Virus record (IMG/VR): IMGVR_UViG_3300031354_000002
Location: 212 to 64,211 of that record
Reading direction: 5' to 3' (one strand)
Origin: a virus
Taxonomy: Duplodnaviria > Caudoviricetes
DNA length: 64,000 bases
The notes under the pieces are model-generated. The model had not been told where the DNA came from. It searched no databases and saw only the letters and a program-made list of their open reading frames with translations. Positions 1 through 9,885 of this stretch are shown piece after piece (within the stretch, counting starts at the first letter, position 1; each line of letters begins with the position of its first letter). Made by a program: the position numbers and the translations under genes.

Positions 1-43
1 TCAAAATAATATCCTAAAGCATAGGGTATAAAGAATTTATAAG
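1..43. repeat. Terminal direct repeat, left copy (assembly overlap of a circular or circularly permuted genome)
   Basis: tcaaaataatatcctaaagcatagggtataaagaatttataag at 1-43 is identical to 63958-64000. Confidence 0.95.
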
Positions 44-794
44 GAGGACAACCTCCAGTAAAATAAATAGTTGTTGAACTATTGGGTCCTATTGTATCCG
101 TAGTACTATCAGCGTCGAAGGCAAATGCCCCTTCGGGGAGATCTTCGCAGTTACACCCGCATTTGTTCCCCGGCTGGCAGAACACGTCAATATTTTCCTC
201 GCATGATAATATTATATTACCACTCTTGTCCTTTCCTATTATTCTCAGAGACACGAGGTCCTTTGGGTCGTCCGGGTAAACTCCCCAGCACCTTGGACTT
301 CTGATTGCGGGTGGGTATATTTTTATTGGGCGAATCCCTCCCTCAATTTTTATATTGACTGGGGCACCGTTTATCGTCGCGTGGAATAGTCCCGGATGAG
401 TATATATATCCTCAGTCGTGTAGCCCTGAATCACTGCTATATGACATTCCACAGGATCGTCGCAATACAGAGGCGAGAAGCACACCAGACCGCACAGTTT
501 TCCTCCTTCTCCCGGAGGAGGTAGATCCGGGACCGGAGAGCTTGGGACCTCTGGCCAGTCAAGATCAGGGGTGGATACGCTGGTAAGGCCCGGAGGAGCT
601 GGCTGTTCGTATTCCATCTCGGCATAGTCATCCTGCAGATATGGCTTGTCAAACTGGCTCTTAGGCTCCAAGCGCTGGTCAAGCAGAGCCTTTCTGGGCG
701 GGGTCTTCATCATCTCGTGATAGTCTCCCTCGTCCCCGATTACTGAAGGCCTTCTGCCGTAATTACGCACTATTGGATTTTTCGGCTTTGCCAT
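1..794 (-). CDS. N-terminal part of a ~719-aa tail fibre/receptor-binding protein that spans the junction (continues 63957->62592)
   Basis: Hand translation from ATG at 794 (MAKPKNPIVRNYGRRP...) is open through base 1 and in frame into 63957-62592; not in the ORF track because the window edge splits it. Confidence 0.85.
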   Translation of the reverse strand, partial: MAKPKNPIVRNYGRRPSVIGDEGDYHEMMKTPPRKALLDQRLEPKSQFDKPYLQDDYAEMEYEQPAPPGLTSVSTPDLDWPEVPSSPVPDLPPPGEGGKLCGLVCFSPLYCDDPVECHIAVIQGYTTEDIYTHPGLFHATINGAPVNIKIEGGIRPIKIYPPAIRSPRCWGVYPDDPKDLVSLRIIGKDKSGNIILSCEENIDVFCQPGNKCGCNCEDLPEGAFAFDADSTTDTIGPNSSTTIYFTGGCPPYKFFIPYALGYYF

Positions 795-936
795 TTACTA
801 CATTCCTGTCCCATGTCTTCTTGTCGATTCCGCCTTCCCACTCTTTCCATATTCCACTATTCCTGAGTGGAGGCTCGTCCCCTATCTTCTTGATATTGAA
901 AAATTTCTTTGTCCACGTGGCTATCTTAGGGTCCAT
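763..936 (-). CDS. Small hypothetical protein (57 aa, MDPKIATWTKKFF...)
   Basis: Fills the gap between the two flanking tail genes with short overlaps; hand translation only. Confidence 0.45.
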   Translation of the reverse strand: MDPKIATWTKKFFNIKKIGDEPPLRNSGIWKEWEGGIDKKTWDRNVVNGKAEKSNSA

Positions 937-3392
937 ATATACATCCTTATTCCCAAGTCATACAGATACATTTCCTGAGAGGCCGTCGCGTGGGCTAGCC
1001 TCACGGTAATATGCTGGCTTGAATTATTTAGCGGAACTACATGCCGTCTTACTACTTCATTGGCGTTCTCCACTGTCATTGCCAGCGCTTCATCGGTTAC
1101 GTTCGGAGAAACTATTTTGTTCTCGTATATTGACAGAAGTATACTTCCGGCGGCCTGCGTCTTGCACCTCAGTAGTAGTTCGTCCAATATCAACTGCTGG
1201 CCCCCGTCCTGAAATTCGATGTCCAGTATACTGGTTATTGCTGTACTGATATCTGTCGTGCCATAGTTCAATTGATACACTGTCCCGTCGTCGATACCGC
1301 CCCCGACCTGAACCACCGGTATGTCCCCGCTGCCAGCCTCTACCTCTGTCGCGCACGCCAACTCCTGCGCTATGGAATCCTTATACCATACCTTGTCTGT
1401 TAGATCAAATACCAGAAATGTGTTGGGCGTGTCAGATCCTCCAGTAGCTAATCCCACCCTTAGGATATTGTACGCCGAATCGAACCCTATCCAGTGCTGA
1501 TCCTCGGCCCCATATGTTATACAATTGCTGGAGTTGGTGGGGTCAAAGTAGTTTCTTACACTATCCGATATTATCGCGACAGTCCTTCCGTCTGAGACGC
1601 ATACCCCGTATCTGCTTATCCAGAAAGCCAGCGTCTTCAGGCGCTCGTCGGTGGCAGTGCTTGTCAATACCCCATCAACCACTATGTGGGCCTTGGCATT
1701 GACTATTCCAACTCTGGACGACAGTAGCAGCTTGCCATATGTGTCCGGGCTGTACCCCTCAAAAAGGGTAGTGCATCCTCCCTCAATTCCTTTCTCTTCC
1801 TGCCACGCTATCATTTCATTGTGAAATTTGTCCATCGCTATAACTTTATTAGAGCGACCATCCCCGGCCTCAAGCACCCCGAACCCTAGCCCGTTTAATG
1901 TCAGGATTTTTCCTAGAGCCGATACGTATATATACTGCCCGTATCGCGAGAAGGAATAGCACATATGATCTCCCCAAGCGCAGTTCGCTACCCCTACGGA
2001 ACCGGCCTCGTTTATATCGAAATATGGCATAGTTTGAATAGATATTACCATAGTCCCATTGGCATCCCCAGCTATCGCATCGTCTACTTCCAGTTTATAC
2101 CAGTATGCGTAGTACTGGGTCGCGCGGAATTGCTGCTGATATTCCCCCGAGGGTCTGTCCCACGTCACCCATCCAGCCCCAGTCAGTCCTGCAGTTTCGT
2201 CGGCTAGATTGGACAGGGCGGCCCAACTATCCCCGTCCCAGTAATAGGCTGCATCGATAGATGTAGCGTCCCCGGTGTTGGGAGTACTTCCCGGATCAAT
2301 GTATAACCCCATCAGCGGATATGGGCTAGAGATGAACAGCGCATCATTTTCGTCCATGAGTACGGACCCGAGGTCTACAGCCCCAGTCCCATTGGTGTTG
2401 TATGTTCCTGCGCTGCTGTCGTACACAACTGCCTCGATGGCGTATGGGGGAAGTCCGTCCCACACATTGTGTATGTTGAGAAAAGAAGTCCGCGCCCCGT
2501 CTCCATCGTGATCCGTCCCGTAGGTTATTTTGGATACTTCCACCTCTGCGTCCAGCGCTCCATCCCACGTCAGTCTGTACCAGAATCCGCACATCCCGTA
2601 CATATATGTAGGTATCTCAGACGCGTTAGGCGTCCAGTACATTGTTCCGGTCTGGGCTAGAGACCCGCTGGAATCAGTTCCGTCCGTAGCGGATACGTCC
2701 GACCAAGTATTGGTTTGAGTTCTGCACGATACAGTCACTGCCACGTCATTTCCGTTCGCGGCAGACACAGTGAAAGTAAGTCTGTTGGCGGGAACCGGGC
2801 AGCATATGAACAGGGCCTGATCGCTGTCTGTCCCAATTGCATCCAAAACTACCACAGTAGTACTTAATCCATCGGTGGCCTGTTCCGTATAATCCATTCC
2901 CTCGTCGGGCACTACTGGAGCGGCAGCCGTGTGATCATAGACGACAACTTTGTCGGGATAATTGCTTAGACCGGCGTATACTTTGTGCTGGTCTACTCCG
3001 TTCGACATTATCAATAGGTCCTGCATATTGGACCACGCTGCAGGCTTCTGGCTGGCCGACCCGGAAAATACCTCATCCCCGAAGGCTCCCGTCGTTACGG
3101 CGGGGGGAGCATTGTCTGCCTCAAGTATATCCCCATCGGAGAATTGTCCGAAGAAATGGGACTCGTCGATCTGAGTTTTCCGAAATTGGTACAGGGTCTG
3201 CACTTGATTTGTGCCGTCCGCAGTACTGTGCTGTTTGCGATGGCCCGGACGCTTCGTAAATCCGGGGTGCCTAGGGCGTAGGTTCTGAACCAACGAGAAC
3301 GCCCCCGGAGGAAGTTGAGGCGCTTCCAGATAGGAATTCATCCCCCCGCGCAAAGGCACCCCGGTCAGTGGAGTTAATGAGTTCTTAGGCAT
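921..3392 (-). CDS. Tail nozzle/stabilisation protein (podoviral tail tubular B / P22 gp10-like)
   Basis: 823 aa, beta-rich, N-terminal GGMN...LVQNLRP...GFTKRPG pattern, directly downstream of the adaptor-like gene. Confidence 0.65.
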   Translation of the reverse strand: MPKNSLTPLTGVPLRGGMNSYLEAPQLPPGAFSLVQNLRPRHPGFTKRPGHRKQHSTADGTNQVQTLYQFRKTQIDESHFFGQFSDGDILEADNAPPAVTTGAFGDEVFSGSASQKPAAWSNMQDLLIMSNGVDQHKVYAGLSNYPDKVVVYDHTAAAPVVPDEGMDYTEQATDGLSTTVVVLDAIGTDSDQALFICCPVPANRLTFTVSAANGNDVAVTVSCRTQTNTWSDVSATDGTDSSGSLAQTGTMYWTPNASEIPTYMYGMCGFWYRLTWDGALDAEVEVSKITYGTDHDGDGARTSFLNIHNVWDGLPPYAIEAVVYDSSAGTYNTNGTGAVDLGSVLMDENDALFISSPYPLMGLYIDPGSTPNTGDATSIDAAYYWDGDSWAALSNLADETAGLTGAGWVTWDRPSGEYQQQFRATQYYAYWYKLEVDDAIAGDANGTMVISIQTMPYFDINEAGSVGVANCAWGDHMCYSFSRYGQYIYVSALGKILTLNGLGFGVLEAGDGRSNKVIAMDKFHNEMIAWQEEKGIEGGCTTLFEGYSPDTYGKLLLSSRVGIVNAKAHIVVDGVLTSTATDERLKTLAFWISRYGVCVSDGRTVAIISDSVRNYFDPTNSSNCITYGAEDQHWIGFDSAYNILRVGLATGGSDTPNTFLVFDLTDKVWYKDSIAQELACATEVEAGSGDIPVVQVGGGIDDGTVYQLNYGTTDISTAITSILDIEFQDGGQQLILDELLLRCKTQAAGSILLSIYENKIVSPNVTDEALAMTVENANEVVRRHVVPLNNSSQHITVRLAHATASQEMYLYDLGIRMYIWTLR

Positions 3393-3401
3393 AGTATATC
3401 C

Positions 3402-4280
3402 TTACCAAACCAAGTTACTGTGTCCGGGAATACTGAACCCACCGGATAGTGCTCTATCACTATCGCACCATATACTCTCTGGGTCCACATCCGCTTTATT
3501 TCCGGCAAATGCCCGAAATGTGTCAGCGACGCTTTTGCTCCATAATTGCACGTCCCCCGCACTGGGTTTCTCCTGCGAGGATGGATGAGCCGCCTTGCAT
3601 AGTATTGTTGCCCTAGGGACGATGTGCTTGTGGAACTCATATGGCAGATCGCTTATTATTCCATAGTAGTGTCCGCTGGTCAGGGTCTGTCCGCTGACAG
3701 TTATAACTCTTCCTGCTGTATAGTCGCTTATCTCGCCTGCCCAGCTTCCAGTAATGCTCTCGATATACATCCCGTTATAGTAGTCGTCGACTGGAACAGC
3801 AGTAGTGGCTAGGGTATTTCCAGAAGAGGCGGCCCCCTGATCCAGATCCCTAGGCTTTCTTATATATGCTATTGAATAAGTATCAGTAATTCCACTTCTG
3901 TTGAGCACCAAGGTATTTCCCTTGCGGTAGTATGCCCGCTTAGAGCCATCGCTTCCGTTGGCCGGGAGATTTTTTACTCCCGACCTGTATACCTTGGCGC
4001 CATTTCCGTCCCTCAGTTCCTCAAGCTCCCCGAAATCGGATGGCAGCGTTATGACAGAGCTTGTGACAGCTATGTCCTCAGGACCCTCCAGAAAGTGCTC
4101 TCGCATTACCAGCACCAGCATTTCATACAATTCCGCCTGAGCTATATTGATCCCTTCCCGCATCAGCCACCCATTATCGTATTTCCCGCTGGTGGAGGTC
4201 CCTTGGTGCAGCGCTGTGCTATACTCGTTGAGGTTATGTCTGAGATCCCCCAACATATCGTAGGAATTTCTGTATGTCAT
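3402..4280 (-). CDS. Head-tail adaptor / tail tubular A-like protein
   Basis: 292 aa, helical N-terminus (INIAQAELY) and ITLPSDFGEL motif typical of adaptor proteins; position between capsid and nozzle genes. Confidence 0.55.
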   Translation of the reverse strand: MTYRNSYDMLGDLRHNLNEYSTALHQGTSTSGKYDNGWLMREGINIAQAELYEMLVLVMREHFLEGPEDIAVTSSVITLPSDFGELEELRDGNGAKVYRSGVKNLPANGSDGSKRAYYRKGNTLVLNRSGITDTYSIAYIRKPRDLDQGAASSGNTLATTAVPVDDYYNGMYIESITGSWAGEISDYTAGRVITVSGQTLTSGHYYGIISDLPYEFHKHIVPRATILCKAAHPSSQEKPSAGDVQLWSKSVADTFRAFAGNKADVDPESIWCDSDRALSGGFSIPGHSNLVW

Positions 4281-4289
4281 CGCCTCTCC

Positions 4290-5003
4290 CTACTGGGCTA
4301 AAGGCCAAGAATCCTTTCCGTCCTTGTCGTAGAATTTCTTGTACTTGTCCTTAAGCTCCAAGACTATGGCCATGGGCCATGCCATTATATCCGCAGCATT
4401 CTCATTGACGAATGCGGCGAGATTGTTTCTGTTCAGGGTCTTGAATCTGCTTCTAATACTGTCATAGTTCGCAGAAGCTTCTTCCCTAGTATTCGTCATG
4501 GTTATCAGTCGCTTTAGCTCGTCAAAATCCCGTCTGAGCTGGGCATTATCCTCGCGAAGCTGGGTTACTTCCTTGTCCTTCTCAAACTGCTTGATGCTCC
4601 AAGGGCCTATCAGGTCTACCCCCAGTTTCTCGGCGTGGTCTCTCAGGTCTTCCGCCGGGTCGACCAGAGCGCAATTAGAGTTCTTCAGATTCTCATTGTG
4701 CTGGTTGTGGTAGGCTATCTGTTTAAGCCAGAAATCTCTCCACATTTTCATCGCTACTTTCCTTTTTCCCTTGATGATCTCTTCCTTATCATCGCCAAGC
4801 TCCAGTCTAACCAGCCCGCGATTGCCGTATTTGCTGAGGATATGGTTCGCTCTGCCAGTATTGAAGTCCTCTATTTCATCAGGTTTCAGTGTCCCTACTA
4901 CCCCGATGTGTGTCCACTCAATTGTGTCCGGTGTAAAATTTGCTACTATTGCCATTTCCATGTCTCCTTTCGAATCATCTTGATATAGGTCGTTACTGAC
5001 CAA
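4290..5003 (-). CDS. Hypothetical protein with coiled coil
   Basis: 237-aa ORF tightly packed in the structural operon. Confidence 0.6.
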   Translation of the reverse strand: MVSNDLYQDDSKGDMEMAIVANFTPDTIEWTHIGVVGTLKPDEIEDFNTGRANHILSKYGNRGLVRLELGDDKEEIIKGKRKVAMKMWRDFWLKQIAYHNQHNENLKNSNCALVDPAEDLRDHAEKLGVDLIGPWSIKQFEKDKEVTQLREDNAQLRRDFDELKRLITMTNTREEASANYDSIRSRFKTLNRNNLAAFVNENAADIMAWPMAIVLELKDKYKKFYDKDGKDSWPLAQ

Positions 5004-5006
5004 CTA

Positions 5007-5492
5007 TCAGTTGATTTCCGAAGCATTAGTTAATCTGTTATCCTTTACCACAAACCCCTTTGGCTTGTGTTCTATCCGTCTGAATGCAGAATTTCCCTTA
5101 CCAAGATTGAAGGACTTTACGTATGTGTTGGACAACTGTATTTTGTCGTCCTTGGTCTGGTCCCGTATGGTTGAAGCATTGCTCTTGTCCTGCTTCTCTC
5201 TGGACTCCCTCATATACTCCTCACCGATACGAATCCTGTCCTTAACTTCCTGTCCCTTTCTGTGCATATCTGCCCTGTGAAGAACATCTATGTCTCGCTG
5301 GTCGGGGTACCTGTATCCGCCGCCATCATCGCCCAGCACCAGAAATACCGGCACTTTCCCGGATATTTTCCCTGTCTGGGTTATGACAAACCTGCTATGC
5401 TCCCTGCTAAACTCGCATCCAAGGCCCTTGTCCAGCTTCTTTAGCTTCCTTAAAAATTCTGCTGGAACGCTTGGGGTTATTCCTTCGTACAT
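5007..5492 (-). CDS. Hypothetical protein
   Basis: 161-aa ORF, RBS-like GGGAGGA upstream, operon packing. Confidence 0.6.
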   Translation of the reverse strand: MYEGITPSVPAEFLRKLKKLDKGLGCEFSREHSRFVITQTGKISGKVPVFLVLGDDGGGYRYPDQRDIDVLHRADMHRKGQEVKDRIRIGEEYMRESREKQDKSNASTIRDQTKDDKIQLSNTYVKSFNLGKGNSAFRRIEHKPKGFVVKDNRLTNASEIN

Positions 5493-5505
5493 ATCAGTAT
5501 CCTCC

Positions 5506-6117
5506 CTATAAATCCATTTCCTTTTCCGGCACTACCCTGTTGAAATCAAATCCAAGCAAGGGTTCCTCTCCATTTTTGTGCCGGACTCCTTTTATCTTCT
5601 GCCTAGCGTTGGGGTCCACTGCTTTGACAGCTTCGTCCACGTCTAGGTCCACTTCGAGAAATTCGCTAATTGCTGCAGCCACACTCTTTGGGTAATTCAA
5701 CATATCCTTGTAGTGTACATCCAGCGTCGGCACCTGATGCCTTCTCAAGAACATCTTTGCATCAGATATCGCCTCGGCTGGGGAATGCTCCCATACAGTT
5801 CTCATCGCCAGAAGGGACGTTATTATCTCATTGATGTCCCGGTTCATAAAGACGACTTTCCATTTCCTGTCCAGCGGAAGAGCATGCATGTACGGCGCAA
5901 CTAGTTTTACAACATGCCCAGAAGTATCCTCCGGGCCAATCTTTTTCAGCGCATTTCCTACGTCCTCAAGCTCCCATTCCCCATAGGGATTAAATTCCGA
6001 GGTGCCTTCGCACTTGTTTTCGCTGACAAGAGCGGGTATACCACCATAATACATAAATCTCATCATGGTAGAAGTACCCGCCCTTGGAAATCCTGATACG
6101 GCAAATGAAGGTAGCAT
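5506..6117 (-). CDS. Sulfotransferase-family P-loop protein (copy 1)
   Basis: VSGFPRAGTSTMMRFM matches the 5'-PSB loop (xSGxPRSGTS); VKLV...VVFMNRD resembles the second PAPS-binding motif. Confidence 0.7.
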   Translation of the reverse strand: MLPSFAVSGFPRAGTSTMMRFMYYGGIPALVSENKCEGTSEFNPYGEWELEDVGNALKKIGPEDTSGHVVKLVAPYMHALPLDRKWKVVFMNRDINEIITSLLAMRTVWEHSPAEAISDAKMFLRRHQVPTLDVHYKDMLNYPKSVAAAISEFLEVDLDVDEAVKAVDPNARQKIKGVRHKNGEEPLLGFDFNRVVPEKEMDL

Positions 6118-6329
6118 CAGTTGTGCCCGAATATCCTTTCGTAGTTGTCCCGGTACGGGTCGCTGACTCTCCCGTGTTTCCAGTTGTCAGCGTCGCATGC
6201 ATCCTCTCTCCATGTCTTTATTACTGGGGGATTGAACTGCATGTCTTTTCCCTTTCCAACTACTATTGGAGTGTTGACATTGGGCACTGTCCTCTTCCTT
6301 CGCCGCCTAGTATTTTTACTCACCAACAT
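6117..6329 (-). CDS. Small basic hypothetical protein (70 aa from MLVSKN)
   Basis: ATG overlaps the upstream stop (TAATG); the ORF-track extension to 6422 overlaps the upstream gene. Confidence 0.5.
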   Translation of the reverse strand: MLVSKNTRRRRKRTVPNVNTPIVVGKGKDMQFNPPVIKTWREDACDADNWKHGRVSDPYRDNYERIFGHN

Positions 6330-7339
6330 TATCCACCGTCCGAAATTTCTGCGCTGAGTCCGCCAGCAGCACTGGCAACAGGCATAGAACCGTGAATGGT
6401 GTCGTTGTTGTCGTCCTGCCATGCGTCGCAGCCGTTAGTGTTAAGATAGCAGTCAATCAGATGAATTGTCCTGTCACCGATGGAATTCGCGGCACTCTCG
6501 TAGAAAGCCTGATTCATTCTGGTGCCCGTGGTGTAGTTATCAAATTTACACCGCTTGAATGTCCATCCTCTACCAAGTTTGTTGGCGCCAACCACAGCCA
6601 CAAAAACACCTGTCGCTGTCTCACATACACTAAGGATATCACAGTCGACGAATGTTCCGCCATTTGTCTGCCCATCCTTGAACAGTATAACACCCTGATT
6701 CGCGCCTGATCGAGTTGTCCACACGTCGTGGCCGATTATACAGTTATCAAACACGGGGTACATACCATCGTATTCTATCTGGAGAGAGCAAGCCAGCGCT
6801 GTCGCTGCCTGCGTCGCCGCCATACAGCCTGCGATGTGGCAATTTTTGAAATAACACCCGTATTTGTCCAGCTTGACCGCTGCAAGGTTTCCTGCGTGTG
6901 CCCCCGCATTCTGGAAGTTCATGTTGACGAATGTGCAGTTCTGCCCGGTAATATTGATTGTAGCGGCTATTCCAGTTGTATCAGTGTATATTACCGTGTT
7001 CGGCTCCGAGTAATCTCCCGCGCAGTTCGGGCCTCCCAGACCGAGTATGTGGGACCACGGATTGCTCCATGCTATTGAAGCACTCTCGTCATAGGCTCCC
7101 GGAGCGACAAGCATTACGTCGTTTCGGTATCCTTCCATATACCCCTCAGCCACGGACGGGAGAGTGTGGATTGGGTAATCCTCTTCAACCCCCATGTCCT
7201 CAAGCTGAGTTCTAAATTGCGACGTTGCGGCTGCCTCGGGCGCTACCCAGTGCAGTTTCCCGATTCCGGGACCAAGCCCTGTAGCAGTCATTATCCATTG
7301 AACCAAGCTCTGGTCCAAATTCCTTAATTTAATTCCCAT
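6329..7339 (-). CDS. Right-handed beta-helix (pectin-lyase-like) structural/decoration protein
   Basis: DVMLVAPGAYDE, ITGQNCTFVNMNF and repeated F-x-x-C-x-I rungs; immediately downstream of the major capsid gene. Confidence 0.6.
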   Translation of the reverse strand: MGIKLRNLDQSLVQWIMTATGLGPGIGKLHWVAPEAAATSQFRTQLEDMGVEEDYPIHTLPSVAEGYMEGYRNDVMLVAPGAYDESASIAWSNPWSHILGLGGPNCAGDYSEPNTVIYTDTTGIAATINITGQNCTFVNMNFQNAGAHAGNLAAVKLDKYGCYFKNCHIAGCMAATQAATALACSLQIEYDGMYPVFDNCIIGHDVWTTRSGANQGVILFKDGQTNGGTFVDCDILSVCETATGVFVAVVGANKLGRGWTFKRCKFDNYTTGTRMNQAFYESAANSIGDRTIHLIDCYLNTNGCDAWQDDNNDTIHGSMPVASAAGGLSAEISDGG

Positions 7340-7349
7340 AATTTGTCTC

Positions 7350-7373
7350 CTTTGTGTTCATAGTTTACCCCTA
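7350..7373 (-). other. Hairpin between the capsid gene and the beta-helix gene
   Basis: cctagggg-cgactaca-cccctagg inverted repeat; no U-tract, so more likely an mRNA-stabilising or processing stem than a terminator. Confidence 0.4.
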
Positions 7374-7411
7374 GGGGCGACTACACCCCTAGGATACTAA
7401 GTTTCAGATTG

Positions 7412-8755
7412 CTAGAACGGCATATTGCTCGGTTCCCTGAGATCAGCCAGCTTGGTTAGAGCATTTCGCTCTTCAGTTCCAAGGTTGGAGTATATTCTCA
7501 GGAACATGGTCGCCTGATCATAGTCCTCTCTCCAGTGCATCTTGTTCGGGTCAAATCCGCCCCATCCAATATCCGCGAGCACGTATCTCTTCAGCGCGTC
7601 CATAGGCTCGAAGTATATTGTGTTCGGCTGAGTAACAGGGTCAACCACCATGGAGATGGCTCCATTCTGGCTGAACGAAAGTTTCTCGTATCCGCCCATG
7701 AGCTGCCCTGCGCTATACCTGATATCCGGGGCCATCAATCCATAGTACTTCCGTCTCTGGCCGATACCCATCCGGATAAGCCCAACAGTATTCTGTGACC
7801 GAGCTGCGGTCATATCTACTGCGGCAAGCATAAGGTCTATTGACAGATCCCTTGGTACTCCGCTGTTGCTCATTATATTGGCCTTGAACTCGGGGTCATT
7901 GGCGATGGTAATACCTTCGTATGTAGCAAGGTTGGTCCCATCGTCGTATGCAGCCTCAAGTCCTGCCAACTCATAATTGGCATTGGATGTTGCGTGCGCA
8001 GCAAGCCTTGCCCCGTACCGGACCACGAAAGATCCTGAAGCTATTGTTTCAGCCGCGATTGTATAGGTTCTGGCTGCTGACAAGGGGTGGTATGCCTGAT
8101 AGGCAGAACCACCTGCCCCAGCGGCTGAAACAGCTTCCATCTCGGCAGTTTTGTTGATAGGATCTATCGAAGAGATCCTCGACGCGACAGCACCTTGGTC
8201 GATAGCAGTACTGTTGTAGAAGTCAACTACCATACCTTTTTTGAGGTATCTGACTCCTCTGTCGTTGTTACAGGTTATTGTCCATGTAGCAGAAGTAGAC
8301 AGGGTGTCTGAGGTAGTGGACAGTGTTGCAAGCAACCCATACCCGTCTCCGTGACACTGCCTGTTGAGGTCGCTGACAAGGGAATTGTACGCGTTCTGCG
8401 TCGCGTCGGTCTGGGCATCCACGAAGGAATCCAGATCCGCCTTGCCAGCTTCCATAGCGAGACCGGAAAGTCGCACTACGGCATAATTAAGTTTCGGCGT
8501 GATGACCCCCTGTACGCCGTCTCCGGACAGAGGCTCAGGCAAATATGCGTTCTCGGCGCGGCCACCAACTCCCTCAACATCCGCCTGCCTTGCTGAGAAG
8601 TAGAAGCCTGCCCCGCCTGTTCTGAACTTGGCCTTTCTGGCCGAGGTCTGGAACAGGTTATATGTCATAATCTGCCGTGGAAAAATGTCGGTGATCATAT
8701 CACCATACGTACGTTTGAACTGGTACGCCAATGCTGTGGTATCTAATTGTCCCAT
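7412..8755 (-). CDS. Major capsid protein (HK97 fold, P22/epsilon15-like)
   Basis: 447 aa, follows portal and scaffold; GVGGRAENAYLP, DLNRQCHGDG and C-terminal RNALTKLADL patterns typical of this capsid group. Confidence 0.8.
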   Translation of the reverse strand: MGQLDTTALAYQFKRTYGDMITDIFPRQIMTYNLFQTSARKAKFRTGGAGFYFSARQADVEGVGGRAENAYLPEPLSGDGVQGVITPKLNYAVVRLSGLAMEAGKADLDSFVDAQTDATQNAYNSLVSDLNRQCHGDGYGLLATLSTTSDTLSTSATWTITCNNDRGVRYLKKGMVVDFYNSTAIDQGAVASRISSIDPINKTAEMEAVSAAGAGGSAYQAYHPLSAARTYTIAAETIASGSFVVRYGARLAAHATSNANYELAGLEAAYDDGTNLATYEGITIANDPEFKANIMSNSGVPRDLSIDLMLAAVDMTAARSQNTVGLIRMGIGQRRKYYGLMAPDIRYSAGQLMGGYEKLSFSQNGAISMVVDPVTQPNTIYFEPMDALKRYVLADIGWGGFDPNKMHWREDYDQATMFLRIYSNLGTEERNALTKLADLREPSNMPF

Positions 8756-8778
8756 ATTTCGATCTCCTCGCCTAGGGC

Positions 8779-9816
8779 CTACTCAGCATTCGCCAAGCGA
8801 TGCAACACCTCTCTGAACCTTTCACCTGCTTTAGCAAACCCGGTTCTAGAATCGTCCTTGTCAGTTACTAGACGGGTTTCCTTCACTCCCTGTGCGTTGG
8901 TGTCAGTTCCACCTTTATCAAGTGGCTTGAAGTCGCTTTTCCCGGCAGCATATTCATCTATCGCCTGCTGCTTTATGTCTGCGATGAACTTAGAGAATTT
9001 CTTGGCAAGGTTGGTTGCCGTAGGCCGGACCAACCTAACATTGCCTATATCGTCTATGTCATCCATAGGGTTATCAACTCCAAGTACCAGTAGTGCCATC
9101 TCTCGCTCGCTCTCCCCCATGTCAGGGGCTACCTTGCCGAGAATCCTATCAACTTCTGAACTCAGGATCCTCAAAGATTTCTCTGCTGTTTCAGCCTCTT
9201 TGGCTTTATTTTGGTTTGTTTGTATAGCGTTCTTTAAATCCTTATTTTCCTTTTCCAGCCGCGCTATTCTGTCGGATTCAGTTTCATTCCTTCGCTGCTC
9301 CTCAAGCTCCTCTGCGGCCCACACTTGTTTGTACCTGTCAAGAGTATCGGCGTCATCAACCACTTTCTTCGCGTCGCGCGACCCAAGTATATCCTTCAGG
9401 GTTCGCCCGGTCTCGACATCAGCCATCAGCTCATCAATGTCCGCGTATCCGTTTTCATCGAGTATTGACTGAAGTCTTTCTGCGGCCTCGTTCGCCTGCG
9501 CATTGCTTGGGGATTCTTTCCCAGCCTGCGCTCCCTCACCTGTATCTGACCCATCCCCGGTATCTTCCCCCGGATGCTCTAGACCCTCTTCAGCTCCGGC
9601 AGCCCCGGAAGCATTTCCTGCCCCGGCTTCGTCGTCGCCTACATGCTCATTTGCTGGCTTAGAATCTGCAGACGCCCCTTCCGGCGCGGCTCCTGCCCCT
9701 TCTCCGCCACCTTTGTCAAAGGGTAGACCCCCACTTTGTCCGCCGCCTGCAATTCCACCGGCTGCCGTAGTGGCGTCTACTCCCCCATCAAACAATGTAC
9801 TAATATGATCTGCCAT
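8779..9816 (-). CDS. Capsid scaffolding protein
   Basis: Acidic, Gly/Ala-rich disordered N-terminus plus coiled coil, directly upstream of the capsid gene. Confidence 0.65.
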   Translation of the reverse strand: MADHISTLFDGGVDATTAAGGIAGGGQSGGLPFDKGGGEGAGAAPEGASADSKPANEHVGDDEAGAGNASGAAGAEEGLEHPGEDTGDGSDTGEGAQAGKESPSNAQANEAAERLQSILDENGYADIDELMADVETGRTLKDILGSRDAKKVVDDADTLDRYKQVWAAEELEEQRRNETESDRIARLEKENKDLKNAIQTNQNKAKEAETAEKSLRILSSEVDRILGKVAPDMGESEREMALLVLGVDNPMDDIDDIGNVRLVRPTATNLAKKFSKFIADIKQQAIDEYAAGKSDFKPLDKGGTDTNAQGVKETRLVTDKDDSRTGFAKAGERFREVLHRLANAE

Positions 9817-9885
9817 GTTCCCTCCAATTCGTCTATATCACCGAACCAGTATCCCTGTGTTTGGTATATAGCTCTGGATAAAAGG

